A stretch of DNA of 64,000 bases from NCBI RefSeq assembly GCF_009914755.1, contig NC_060947.1. One strand, given 5' to 3'. The notes under the pieces were generated by a model. That model made no database searches and was not told where the DNA came from. It saw nothing but the letters and a program-made list of their open reading frames with translations. The stretch comes from the human T2T-CHM13v2.0 reference genome, Homo sapiens. A program made the translations under genes and the position numbers. Below, one piece after another: positions 1 to 16,939 of the stretch. The first letter of the stretch is position 1, and each line of letters starts with the position of its first letter.

Positions 1-2058
<2,058 letters not shown>

Positions 2059-2139
2059 AGTAATGAGGTATAATTTACCACTAATGCAATGGGAATAATG
2101 ATTAGGACTTGAAATTCAATTAATATAAAAGTAAAAGAT

Positions 2140-2690
2140 GCTCCAAACAAATATTATTCAACACTAAAAAGAGATGAACTATCTAGCCACGAAAAGACAT
2201 GGAGTAAACTTAAAAGCATATTACTAAGTGAAAGAAGCTAATGTGAAAATAGTATAATTCCAACTATGTGACATTCTGGAAAAGGCAAAAGCATGGAGAC
2301 AGTAAAAAGGTCGGTGGTTATCAGAGGTTAGTGGAGAGGGAGGGATGAACAGGTGAAGCACAGAACATTTTTATAACAGTGAACCAATTTTGCATGATAC
2401 TAGAATGGTGGATACATGCCATTATACATTTGTCAAAACCCAAAGAATGTGCCACACCAAGAGTGAAACCTAATGTAAATGACAGGCTTTGGGTGATAAT
2501 GATGTGTCAATGTAGGTCCATCCATTGTAACAAATGTACCACTCTGGTGAGGGATATTGCTAGTGAGGGAGGGTGTGTGTGTGGAGGAGGTAAGAGGTAT
2601 AAACAAACGCTCTGTAATTTCTGCTCAATTTTGCTACAAATCTGAAAGCACTGTAAAAAAGAAAGTCTATTAGCAAACAAACAAAAAAAG
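2140..2690 (+). mobile_element. L1MC-like 3' end fragment
   Basis: gacattctggaaaaggcaaaa...acaccaagagtgaaacctaatgtaa...aacaaatgtaccactctggtg motifs typical of the L1MC 3'UTR. Confidence 0.75.
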
Positions 2691-3091
2691 AAGGGCAAAA
2701 ACATAAATAAAAGAGCACTCTTTCTTATACTTCTGATTTTGTAGGTGGAGATCCACATTCCATATGGTCTCAATGGCTCCTCACTCTCCCAAGGATGAAC
2801 TCCACACCCCTTTAGCTTGATTTCTTGATTTAAGAGAAAAATTAAATACCTATTACGTGTAAGATGAGGTATACTAGGGGATGAAGAGAGAATAGTAGTC
2901 TCACATACTAAAACTGCTGTTTGATTTAAGAAAATGGCAAATATATCATAGTTGAGACATAATGTTTTTCTATATTTTTAAAATCTAGAATTTGTGACAT
3001 TTGTGTTGTGGCAGCATGAGTGGGGCAATGATAACATTAAGTAAATACTGCAGAAGACATATGTCTGGAAAAAAAATCATTTTCAAAATGA

Positions 3092-3430
<339 letters not shown>

Positions 3431-4147
3431 TAAACTCCCTTCACTCCCACTGTCATTGCTTTCTCCCTTTCCTTCCATCAAAGAAACAGTGATAACCCGT
3501 AATCCCAAGAGTCAGAAAGGTAGTTGTGATTCATTATAAAAGAGGAAAGACTCTTAGTAGGCAGGATAGATAAGAACAGACAAGTAAATTTAAGGACCCA
3601 ATAAAAGGAAAATATCTAAAACAAGGAGATATCATTAAATTATCCCAAAGATTTGTAATAGACATCTATTCATTTTTATACCCAACCTAAATTTAATCAT
3701 CATTTAACAGTGGTACCCAGCAAAAGCAATTTAGCATTATACTGCACAATTCACACTCCAAAACAAAGGAGCCATAAACACAGCTTGAGTCTTCCCTCTA
3801 TTCCCAGGGATTTCAGCACTAAATCCGAGCAAAAGAAGATGAATGCTAAAAATCCCCATAGGGAATCCAGATATATCACACTGCCCTTTATTCATGAGTC
3901 TTCTGTGAAGACCACTGTGAGTAGTTACAAAACCTGTGTGTTCAACTTGGTCTGCTTGGCTGTGAATCAATTTATCCGAACATCTGGGGGATATGATTGA
4001 TTCTCCTGGTTATTAGTGGCAAAGGCTGGGCAAATAGAAGCAGAGGACTACAGCCATACATGCTGAATAAACTTGTTCAGAGACACAGCAATTTCTGAAT
4101 GCAAAGACTAGCAGGAACTTCAGTAGGAAAGGGTGGAGTTGTTCTAT

Positions 4148-4350
4148 TTATCATCATTAGTTATTGTCATTACTGTCTTAGTGTGCCTAATTTATAATAA
4201 GCTTTATCACAGGTAGGTATGTATAGGGAAAAAAAACCCACAGTATATATAGGGTTTGGAACTATCTGTGGTTTCAGGCATCCACTGGGAGTCAGGCATC
4301 CACTGGGTGTCTTGGAACATATCTCTCTGTGGACATGGGGATATTAGTGT
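4148..4350. mobile_element. MER2-like (Tigger family) DNA transposon fragment with internal 18-bp tandem duplication
   Basis: gtgcctaatttataa...tatagggtttgg..ctatctgtggtttcaggcatccactggg..tcttggaac; tcaggcatccactggg repeated at 4274 and 4292. Confidence 0.75.
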
Positions 4351-4662
4351 ATTTGTGTTGGCAGCTCCTGACATAGGGCCTTTGTCACAGAAGTCGGGTA
4401 AATATTTATCAATGATGGTGCTACTAATGAGAGTACCCCAAAGATGAGTGCCTCCATGTGAGAGAAGGCCTAGGAAGAAAAGGCTATTTTGCCTCACAGC
4501 AGATTAAATAGATCATGTTACATGTCAGATTTTATAGTGCTGCCACGTGGTAGGCATTGTTGCAAAATTTTCATAGTAGTTCTGCGAGGTTGGTATTTTT
4601 ATCCCCATTCTATAGTTGAAGCAACCAAGGCTCAGAGATTATACTACATGTTCAGGTCACTA

Positions 4663-5030
<368 letters not shown>

Positions 5031-6100
5031 AGAGAGAGAGAAAGTCACATTTTAACTCCTGAAGCCCATGTTCTTTTCACTGCATCACACAACCTTTTCT
5101 TCCTCTGCTCCTTGCAATGCCAAGCCGATCCATTCCTGTGCAGGGTATTGACTCAGCTTTCCATCTAGAAAGGTTTGCTCTTAAAAATCTCTATGGTGCC
5201 ATTAAAAATGAATGTTTGTTGTAATTTATTATTCCTGGTATCTCATAGAGTTTTCGGTCAATGCTAACCAGAACCGAGACAATTCTGAATGGGGCCTTTC
5301 AGAGCAGAGCAGTTTGAGTCATGCATTAATTGTTTTTAAATCAATGTATTACAGATTCAGGAGAAATGGTAGGGGAGGAAACAGACTTTAAAACTTGATA
5401 AACACAGATGTGTGAGGAAAACGTTTCCACCACTGTGTATTCTTTCACTCTCTGTGATCTGGGAATTGTTAACATCCTTTTCAGACTGATAGAAATCTAA
5501 CATGAATTCTATAGCTTCTATCTGTCAAGTCTGATTATACCAATTTGTCACAATTATTGCTTTATTTTTAACCAGAGTAAGGACATTAGTTTAGTTCCCT
5601 GCTTTTTTGTCTAGAACTTGTGAAGAAACTGCTCAAAGATTATTTAAAGGGTTCACAATTTTTTAAAAAAATATGCTAGCAGGTTGCTACAGTCAAGAAA
5701 CTCATTCATTTTGCATTAATAATTTGTTAAGAGGAATAAGCAGTTGAGTAAATCAGAAACTTAGTTAATAGGGAACTCCTTCCATGTATGGAAAGAGATC
5801 ATTACAGGGTTTAAAACAGAATAAGAAAGACACAGAGCTTGGTATTTCACAATTCTTAGGATTTCTGATCTGAAAGAGAGAAAATGTAGAAGCCCTATAT
5901 CTTTTAAAGTATTTTTTAAATACTTTTAAATACTTTTTAAAATACTTTTTTAAAGTATTTTTTCAAAAAGCTCATCAAGAATGAATGTGTGGGTTTTTTG
6001 TTTGTTTGTTTGTTTGTTTGTTTTAAAAAAACGTAAATGAAATAGGCCCTGATTCTGGGGGAGGCCTGAACTCCAAGCAAATTTAGAAAAATTTAGTTAG

Positions 6101-6433
6101 CTCATTTAATCTTAATCACTTCATTAGAGGCCTCATCTCTGAATAAGTGTGGGGCCCTGATCTAATAGGATTAGTGTCTTCATAAGAAGTGATACCAGAG
6201 AGGTTATGCTCTCTCTCTCTGTCTCTCTCTATGTCCTCCTCTTTCCCCACAGGGTTCACATGCACCAAGGGAAAGCCATGTTAAGACAGAATGAGATGGC
6301 AGCCATCTGCAAGCCAAGAAGAAAGCCCTTGCCAGAGACTGAATCTGCCAGAACCTTGATCTTGGACTTTCAACCCCTGGATTTGTGGGAAAATAAACTT
6401 CTGTTGTTTAAGCCAAAAAAAAAAAAAAAAGAA
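6101..6433 (+). mobile_element. MaLR LTR (MLT1A/MST-like) 3' fragment with 5' inversion, polyA tail and TSD
   Basis: gccatctgcaagccaagaaga...accttgatcttggactt...aataaacttctgttgtttaagcc followed by A16; flanks agaaaaatttagttag (6085-6100) and agaaaactttaattag (6434-6449). Confidence 0.8.
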
Positions 6434-6784
6434 AGAAAACTTTAATTAGGATTAATTAATACAAATATGAAGAAAAGCAGAGAAGAAAAGCTAAGCCCAT
6501 TGGAAGTTTCCATGCAATTCTCAAGGCCACACGTAGAAAACAGGATGAATAGTAACTGAAAGAGTAGGCAAGAATGAAAGACCCTTAATAACTTCTGGCT
6601 CCCCATCCTGCCTCATTCCAGACAACTGAGTCAGCTTATATCCATCTGCAGACAAGGCCAAGCCATGCCCATATATTCTAAGACTGGGTCTGGTTCTGGG
6701 CAAGAGATGTACCTCAAAAGTTGCTGCAGTAGAGAGCAATTAGCTGAAGCTGCCTTGTTGCTGGCACCTGCTTCCAAGTCTCTC

Positions 6785-6920
6785 TGTCTCAGTTCTTTAA
6801 CTAGGAAAAAGGTAATGATAATCCCCGTCTCATTAGTATTGTAAACTTTAAATGAGCTGATCCATGTAAAGAGCTTAGAATTGTGTGAGGCACATAGCAA
6901 GTGCTTATTAAATAATCACT
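6785..6920 (+). mobile_element. MIR
   Basis: ctcagtt...taaatgag...atgtaaagagcttagaa..ggcacatag.aagtgct core. Confidence 0.7.
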
Positions 6921-8888
6921 CTTGTCATCATCTTCCTCGTTGTATAGATTAAGGAACAGACACTAAGAAGTTGCTTTTCGCAGGCCACTTGCCTGTGGCA
7001 GCACAAGGCAAAGATCCTGTATCAAAATTCTGAATGAATGTTCTTTATAACTTACAATGTATAGTAGGTAATTTCATAAGGTCCCACATACACTTAAATA
7101 TTTCTCCCTACAACTGCATCACAGTGACTGAGATCTACCTTTTTCAATAATCCTTTTTAAGAGTTTTCTAGCGATAACTTTGCTAATGAAGTTTGCTTCT
7201 CAAGAGAAGGAATGCATTAGAGAACTAGTAGAAGCAGAAATGGGCTTCCTGTGATGACTAAACCATAATCACACATCACCACTCTAAATAAAGTACAGGG
7301 TTTGAATGAACAGAACAGAGCAAGGTACAAATCTGAAGCAGAAGGAAAAGGGATGGGCTTAGTGTAGGCATTGGCCAGAGGTTGGGGACAGGCAGCTGGG
7401 ATAGAAGGGCAAAAGCTTTCCAAAAGAGTTCAGAGGAACTCATTCACAAACACCATGCTCTTAGTGTGGGGTTTCATCCATGAAACTGAGCCTGTAACTT
7501 AGATCTGATCATTCATTATTTTCTGGAAGCATAAGAGAAACCCACACCCAGAACTCAGTAATGTGTATATGTTGCTGAGATGATTTCTAAGCCAAATCAG
7601 TCTCCTTCAGCTCCACTACATGAGATTTAATGATAAAAAATAATTCACAGCATAGGTTTGAGTTTGAAAAAGAGGGGCCCATCTATTAACTATATGAAAA
7701 TACCAAGAATGACTTTTAAAAATCATATAACGTGTATAAAATTTTTTCTTTGGAAAAAAAGATAGAACATTAACTTTGAGCAGTACTTGGGCTGCATATT
7801 TTATGAGGTTTATTTGTACTGCATATCTTTGATGGGCTCTATTTGTGGCTGAAAGTACAAACACACTGATTACAATCACTCTTCCCTACATTTAGGAACA
7901 AAATTAATTATCTGCAAAAAGCAGAAAGGCTTAGATAGATTCTCAGTAAATGATAATAGACAGCACCCAAATATAATGACTCTGCTTCCTACTTTATCTG
8001 TTTTAGGCATTCTGAGTGGAACGAAAAAGGGAAAAATTAATTCACTTTCTGAATATTCTTCAGAATGAATTTGAATTGGGTAATAAGGAGGCAGCAACAA
8101 CCCTCCCCTCACCCCCCGTATGAAATAAGAAAGCAGCCTTGCTGGATTATGTACTTCCCAAAGGGGCATTTTAAAAGGACATTAAGAAATCTGTAATTTC
8201 ACCAAAACAAAGGCTATTTGTTTTACCCCATTAACAGTCCCCCGGACAAGGAAGGGAAAGGTAAACTGTAAGACCTAGAACAGTGCTCAGCACTCAGCAC
8301 TCAGAAAATTGTGGTTGCTGGTAATGATGAAATTTGTATTTTATCTTCCAAAGGCTGCAACATGCTGGAAGACATCTGCTCAGAATTCCCTTATCTTTGA
8401 CTTTTGTAAAATTCTTTATTACAGCAAGTATTAAAATTGCCACCTCCCTTGAGGAAATTACTATAGGACAGTGCAACTTCATTAAAAAATGCTTCTGTGA
8501 TATTCGAATATGTTTTCCATTTTTAAGGTAGGGGCAGGACGAATGGTCCTTTTAAGAAACAGTCAAGTTAGAAAACATTTTTCTGCCAGATACCTGAGCA
8601 AGATAGCAAAATGCATGGGCATAAGAGGTCAGTGAGCCAAGGTTACTTGTGGTGCCATTGTGAGTGGATAATGCAGAACTACACTCGCCAAGAGGAACCT
8701 TGCTCCAAGTGGGGGAAATTTAATCACAGGGAAATCACAGTGTATATGACTCTGTTTTGTGTGGCATTTCAGCTTTTCTAATGAAGGGAGCAAGTATCCA
8801 GGGGCTTTTCTGCCCCCACAAGGTAGGAGGCTACTTTCACTGTACTCTGATTCCCTAGCCACTCGACATCTTTTTAAAAAGGCATTGT

Positions 8889-10296
8889 GGTTACTGTAGC
8901 CTTGTAGTATATAGTTTGAAGTCAGGCAGTGTGATGCCAAAACAGATATACAGACCAATGGAACAGAACAGAGGCCTCAGAAATAACGCCACACATCTAC
9001 AACCATCTGATCTTTGACAAACCTGACAACAACAAGCAATGGGGAAATGATTCCCTATTTAATAAATGGTGTTCGGAAAACTGGCTAGCCATATGTAGAA
9101 AACTGAAACTGGACCCCTTCCTTACACCTTATATAAAAATTAACTCAAGGTAGATTAAAGACTTAAACGTAAAACCTAAAACCATAAAAACCCTAGAAGA
9201 AAACCTAGGCAATACCATTCAGGACATAGGCACGGGCAAAGACTTAATGACTAAAACACCAAAAGCAATGACAACAAAAGCCAAAATTGACATATGGGAT
9301 CTAATTAAACTAAAGAGCTTCTGCACAGCAAAAGAAACTATCATCAGAGTGAACAGGCAACCTACAGAATGGGAGAAATTTTTGCAATCTGTCCACCTGA
9401 CAAAGTGCTAATATCCGGAATCTACAAGGAACTTAAACAAATTTACAAGAAAAAAACAAATAACCCATCAAAAAGTGGGCAAAGCATATGAACAGATATT
9501 TCTCAAAAGAAGACATTTATGTGGCCAACAAACATATGAGAAAAAGCTCATCATCAGTAGTCATTAGAGAAATGCAAATCAAAACCACAATGAGATACCA
9601 TCTCACGTCAGTTAGAATGGCAATCATTTAAAAGTCAGGAAACAACAGATGCTGGAGAGGATGTGGAGAAATAGGAACACTTTTACACTGTTGGTGGGAG
9701 TGTAAATTAGTTCAACCATCGTGGAAGACAGTGTGGCGATTCCTCAAGGATCTAGAACCAGAAATACCATTTGATCTAGCAATCCCATTACTGGGTATAT
9801 ACCCAAAGAATTATAAATCATTATACTATAAAGACACATGCACATGTATGCTTATTGCTGCACTGTTCACAATAGCAAAGACTTGGAACCAACCCAAATG
9901 CCCATCAATGTTAGACTGGATAAAGAAAATGTGGTACATATACACCATGTAATACTATGCAGCCATAAAAAAGGAGGAGTTCATGTCCTTTGCAGGGACA
10001 TGGACGAAGCTGGAAACCATCATTCTCAGCAAACTAACACAGGAACAGAAAACCAAACACCATATGTTCTCATTCATAAGTAGGAGTTGAACAATGAGAA
10101 CACATGGACACAGGGAGGGGAACATCACACACCGGGGCCTGTCGGTGGGTGGGGGGTTGGGGAGGGATAGCATTAGGAGAAATACCTAATGTAGATAACA
10201 GGTTGATGGGTGCAGCAAACCACCATGGCACACGTATACCTATGTAACAAACCTGCATGTTCTGCACGTGTATCCCAGAATTTAAAGTTTATTTAA
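8889..10296 (+). mobile_element. 5'-truncated L1PA (L1PA7/8-like) with 48-bp 5' inversion
   Basis: ORF2 C-terminus (WRFLKDLEPEIPFDLAIPLLGIYPK) and primate 3'UTR; 8889-8936 is reverse-complement L1; TSD aaaaaggcattgt at 8876-8888 and 10297-10309. Confidence 0.93.
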
Positions 10297-10926
10297 AAAA
10301 AGGCATTGTTGGCTCCCTCACTGTTGTCTCAGGACCACAGGGGTACTCAGAATATCAGGCCATGGTGAGATCTTCTTGGACTTCTGCCTACTTGGGCAAA
10401 TATCCCTGGCTTTCTGACCTTTCTGAATACACTCTGAGTGTCACTGCCAGCAGGCATGGATAAGCATGTGCCTACCACTCTGTGGTCATCACAATGCTTC
10501 ACCCTAGAAGTTCAATAAAAGAGAAAACTTAATTCAGCCAAGTCACTTAGCAACACAAAACTCCCAACCCTATAGCCTGAACAGAGCAAGAAAGGAAATG
10601 ACAGCTTAGAGACTGAAAGAGAGCAGTGGAGTAGCTGGAGGCCCACAGTAGCAGAATTTACTGCTAATGAGAAGCAACAAACAGGTGCCTCTTTGATACT
10701 TTCTCTTTAAAGTATTCTCTGAAGAGCTGAGAAAACTGCCACTGTTCTCAGTATTTAGATATGCCTTCTGCTACCCTCCAACAGGTGGCACATGGGCCTG
10801 CTTTTTGGCCAATCAGTCAGGGTTGAGCTAACTGTCTTTTACTAACTTCTAATTTCCTTGCCAGATCCTCCAAAAGCATTGAGAACTTGAAAAGTTCTTG
10901 GAGCCATCCAAGGGTGGGGGACCATG

Positions 10927-11390
10927 TGTTGGAAGACAATTCTCCATGGATCTCTTGTGCTTTGGCATGTCTTAGGAACAGACGAACTGACTACCCTTTG
11001 TTTCAGACTATCCTTTTCAAGTATCTTTGTATAGCCAACAGCCTTGGAAGATAGAGATGATGTTTCCCTTTAGAGTAAACAGCAGGTGGGCTTACCATCT
11101 ATTATAAAATATTTGAGTTCCCTAAGTTCAAAGTTTCTCTCCTATAATACAACTCACTATGTGTACAGGAGTCATTCAGCTCTCTTTGCCTTACCCTGTG
11201 GGAATTGGGACTCAGGGATCTGGCACAAATGCTAATACTCTGGCTGCTGCTATTGCTGTAAGCAATAAACTGTCCTTCATCTCTGACTCAGGAGTCTTAT
11301 GCCATTAACTAACATCGATGAAACTGCAGTAGGCTAGCTTGTTTGCTTGCAATCAGGGTAAAAATCTCAGATCTTTCACAGCTCTTGAGG
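10927..11390 (+). mobile_element. Solo LTR (LTR40-like, ERVL)
   Basis: Starts tgttggaagacaattctccatgg; tattataaaa and aataaa motifs; ends ggtaaaaatctcaga..ttcacag.tcttga. Family name from recalled consensus. Confidence 0.7.
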
Positions 11391-12724
11391 ATGTGTTCCT
11401 GCCACATCAGTCCACTGACCACAGAAAGGATGTAAAATTTCTCTCTAAAAATTCAGAACATATAAGCAACTGGCGATTATGCCAAGGCAAGGGCAAGCAA
11501 TTCTAGATTTATGAAGAACCCATCTAATTTCTTAATATGACCTGTAATATACGTATAATTTCAGGATGAAACATTTTTAAAAAGCTCCCCTTATGTAACC
11601 ACTTTTTGAAACCTACCATAAAGTTAACATTTATTGCCTAAAACATGGTGCCAATTTTTTCATTTGTATTCTTGCAATAAATAGGTAATGTGTGTTTTAA
11701 AACTACGTATTTTCTCCATGGAAATCACTGAAGCTATTTTGATTGTGAATGAAAAAATGATGGCAACCTGTAAACAGTTTTTGTCTTTCCAGAAATAAAC
11801 CTTGTGTAAGTAAAGTTGCTTACCATTGTTCTAGAGGCTGACCTGCAGACACTAATTAGGTAGTGAGCCATTTACTTCTTTTTATCACTTTCAAATCACT
11901 TGGTACTGAAAACAGCTTGTATGAATTCAGACAAGGTATCTCTATCTGAGACTGAAAAATGAAAGTCCAAAGTGATAGCATGAGGAGAAAAACACTGACA
12001 TTCTGACACCTGAGAAATAACCTCAGCCTTCAACAGTGGAGAGGAAGGTAAGGCTAATCTTGGAAATTCTGACGAGTTACAGTCACTCACACTGACAGCA
12101 AAATATAAGAGTTTGATGGAGTTAATTATTATTGAGGATCAACAGAGAATCTTCCCCAGAGCTTCCTGGCACACAAAAATAAATACTGACCTCAGAAATC
12201 CTAGCAAAGGAAATGGATGTATTTGGATACGTTAGGTTCTCAGTAGGCAATGTTACTATTATTAAATACCAAGGACACTCCGTACTGGAGATCTGATGTT
12301 CTTCTACTGTCCGGAATCAAAGGCAGATGCATTAAAAACTATGTGTTGGTCCAATCGGCAGATTTCCAACTTTGCAAGTGGAAGAGAACCTCTTTCTCAC
12401 CACCGGCACTGCTCACATAGATTCTAGGCCAAGTCATCTGACTGTGTGACTGGACCTTCCATCACCTGCACAAACATTCCTTCTTTTCCATGAAACTACA
12501 CTGTTCCTTTAAGTGTTAGGAAGATGTAAATCTCATGCCTTTTAGTACTTCATTGGGAAATACTAGAGCAAAAGTCTCCAAGGAGGGAGAATGAATTCAG
12601 AAACTGATTGTGCAGCTGGAAAAACAGTAGGGAGTAATACAGGATATTAAATAATATAATAAAAACCTACTTAGTCTGTGTTTGGGGAAAAAAGATTCTG
12701 CTGAAGAGAATGGAACTGCTTGAG

Positions 12725-12925
12725 AGAGCAATATAGAGTAATGGTTAAGAGCATGAGCTTTTGAGTCAGACAGGTTCAGCTTTAAATACTAGTTCTGCCA
12801 CCTACTAGCCAAGTGACCGCTGAGGGCAACACAACAGAGTCATGTGCATCTTTCCAGCTACTCCCTCTGATCCCCAGTGGCTATCATAGTGCTTCCATTA
12901 TTAGATGCTCAATAAATGCTTCCTG
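12725..12925. mobile_element. MIR fragment followed by L2 3' end
   Basis: tggttaagagcatgagcttttgagtcagac; gatgctcaataaatg. Confidence 0.6.
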
Positions 12926-14032
12926 CAACGAATCGTATTTCAGATAGTGCTAAAATGAATATCACAACGAAAAAAGAAAGGGAGAAGTAATGGTGGTAGA
13001 AAAGGTTGCAATTCTACACAATATTCAAGGAAGCATAGAACAAGCCAAGGTAATGAAATTGTGGGAGAGGAAGCACTAACTCTGAGAAATGCTGAGATGA
13101 ATCAATAAAGTATGTATGTGTGTACAAGTAGAAAAATAAAAGTGCAAACCACCATGTGAAGACATGTGAGTAGTTATTTTGGGGATTAAAGGAAGTAAAC
13201 AAAATTACAGAAAGTTTTGGGAAAGTTTCCAGGAGAGGGATAAACATCCAACATGCTAATTATTAATCATTTAGTAAATGGATGAATTATACATGAAATG
13301 GGCAATGGCTATGCATATAGTCCACACATAGGTATATGGTAACAGCAATCAAAATGGTTTTCAGGATAAAAACAGTCATATTTTAAAAAGAAGCTGTGGC
13401 ACTCAGCAGTTTGGGTGTAACAACACTGAAAATATATGTATTGCAAAATGGTACATATTTGCAGTTGCTTTAAGGTATAAGATGTGGAATTCAATAATGC
13501 ACTGATAAATTTAACAGTGATACTTTCACCCAAATACTGTTAAAGATCTATTCAATTCTCACTTGGGGCCAAGATATTTATCCTAGTTTGTATAGATATT
13601 TATCTCAGTTTGCAAAACGGATCTATTTATAGTCTCATCATTAATACTTTCTTGGACTTTTCAGCACAAATCTTCTCTTTCCCCCTCCCTCCATCTCTCT
13701 TCCCCCCAACACATGTATTCACACACATACATTCTCACACATACTATTTTTATTTACTTCGTTTAGACTAAAATAACATTAAGATATCTTGGCACCTAAA
13801 AATATGTTTAAGAAAAACTCATTTTTCATTTGGCACTTAGATCACTGTAGTAAGAAAGAGTACTGGACTGGGACTTAGTGAATACTTGCCATGTTCCTGA
13901 ACCTAACACTGCATTTAATCGCCATATCTTGACCCCATTTTATAGATGAAGAATTCAAGGTCCTAGCTTTGCCACTAATTGCCTGTGGAACTTAGGCCAT
14001 TCACTTCCAACCTCTGGGGCTTATTTTCTTTA

Positions 14033-14537
<505 letters not shown>

Positions 14538-15924
14538 GGATCCTTTACCACCTCCAGTGGTGCTGCCAGCGACAACACCCCAGTATTTGTCTGCCTGCCT
14601 TCACTTGGTAGTCTGAAGTATTGAGAACTATGCTAGAGAAAACTAAAGCACCAACAAGCCACACTTAAAAAAACGAACAGTACCACACTCACTTAGAAGA
14701 CCAAAACAATCTTCATAATCTGGGTAGATGACAGCCACAAAAACAACTAGGCAAAGTCTCTGTGTGGCAGACCTCATGTCATGGCTTAAAGCCAGCTCGA
14801 AAGGATATCCCAGCAGAGCTCAGGAAGAGGATATTTTTAAAGAAGTCTCTCACCACAACTGAACCTCAAGCAGGACTGAATGGCAGGGTTTTACATTTTA
14901 TCGCAACAGGAAGGTTAGGGTGCTACTGGAGAATCTCATTAAAGCTTTAGTTTTAAACCAGCTTTTGCTTTGGGGCATTCTGTGGGTTTGTTAATGTGAA
15001 TAGAGTTCTGCAGCTCCGACTCCCCCTCGCCCTCATAAATGCCCAGTCCCTTTTTGACCCGTACTGAGTATGGGTTGGATCACATCTGGCCAGTGATTCC
15101 CCTACCCCCACCATTTGGTACGTATTACTTAGAGTTGGTGATCATAAAACATGAACAAGGCAGAGTTTACATATGTTTTCTGGTTTAGTTCAGGCATTCC
15201 CCGGGGATGGCAGAATTCACACTCTCATAACCAGCTGGGAGCTGGGAGCAATCAGGCCCTTAAAGGCCAAAACAGAAAGGGCCTGCATCACTGAGCACCT
15301 CTTGACAGCCAAAGCCTTTCTTCCTGAATGATAATGACATGAAATGCACTCCCCCTGCACGCATGTGCATGCACCTAAAATGTAGCAGGATTGGCAGCCA
15401 GAAATTGCTATCCAATTTAGGTTCACTACGTGTTTGCAAAATCCTAATGGAGCTCTTAGAGTAAAAGTCTAGGGGGGTCTAAGCGGGGACAGACTGGTAT
15501 TATGGAGAAAGTATTACATTGTAGCAGCAGAAGACCTTGGATTCTACTTCTGGTTCCTCCATTAATTATATAACTTTGGGTAAGCCTCCCTGAACTTTAT
15601 TTCTTCCTTTGTAAATCAATGGGATTGGACTAGCTAATCTCTCACAGCCCTTTCAACATTCACATTATGGTGAAGTGTTCACTATGGTGAAATGTATTCA
15701 GTTACACGTCTGTCTACCAACTAAACTGTGACCTTTTCAAGACTTAAGAACTATTTCTTGGGTAGTTTTGAATATCCAGCACCTAGCAAAGTGCCATACA
15801 CAAAGCAGATGTTTAATAAATGTTTCCTAAATGAACCTTCATGTCTAGTGCCTGATCAAAACAGTGCGCTTAATTCTTTACAAGTTCCTCACCTCCTTTT
15901 TTCATGTGTTTAAAAGCACCACAT

Positions 15925-16340
<416 letters not shown>

Positions 16341-16939
16341 CTACACCCTGTCTTTAATGTTGTCTCTTTATTTTCCTCTTACTGAAAGCATTTCCAAGCC
16401 CCTGGCATGCTTTCTTTGTGTCTTACACACAGTGGGCTCTCAATCAGTATTAGGTGAATGAACATATGAATGCATTTACTTTTTCTAGTTTTGTAAAATT
16501 TACTTTTGCAGAAGGCCCCAGAACCTGGCCTTGAATTGTGAAGCAGTCAAGGGAATAATTAGCCACTGAAGAACACCGTAATTAGATAGGACATTTTTGT
16601 TCATTTTACTATAAAATATTTTCACAGGAAATGTGTTTTAAATGACTAACATTGTGAATGGGGCAATTACAGCAACTCCGTAAGTAGCCATGCTGAGGGT
16701 TGCATCATTTTTGTCCTCTTTCCTAGTTTAATTCACCAAAGAAACTAATTACTCCTAGAGTTTAAAGACAAGCTGAAATAGCCTAATCCACCCTCCACAT
16801 TTTGGATAAGCAATAGTTCAGAGTGCACAGCAGTTGCACTGTATAGATGCTAAGGGTGTCTATCAACCAAGCCAACAAAGTCTGGGTTTGAATCCCAGCT
16901 CCTCTGACTTAACTAGCTTTGAGGAAGAAATAAGACTCA

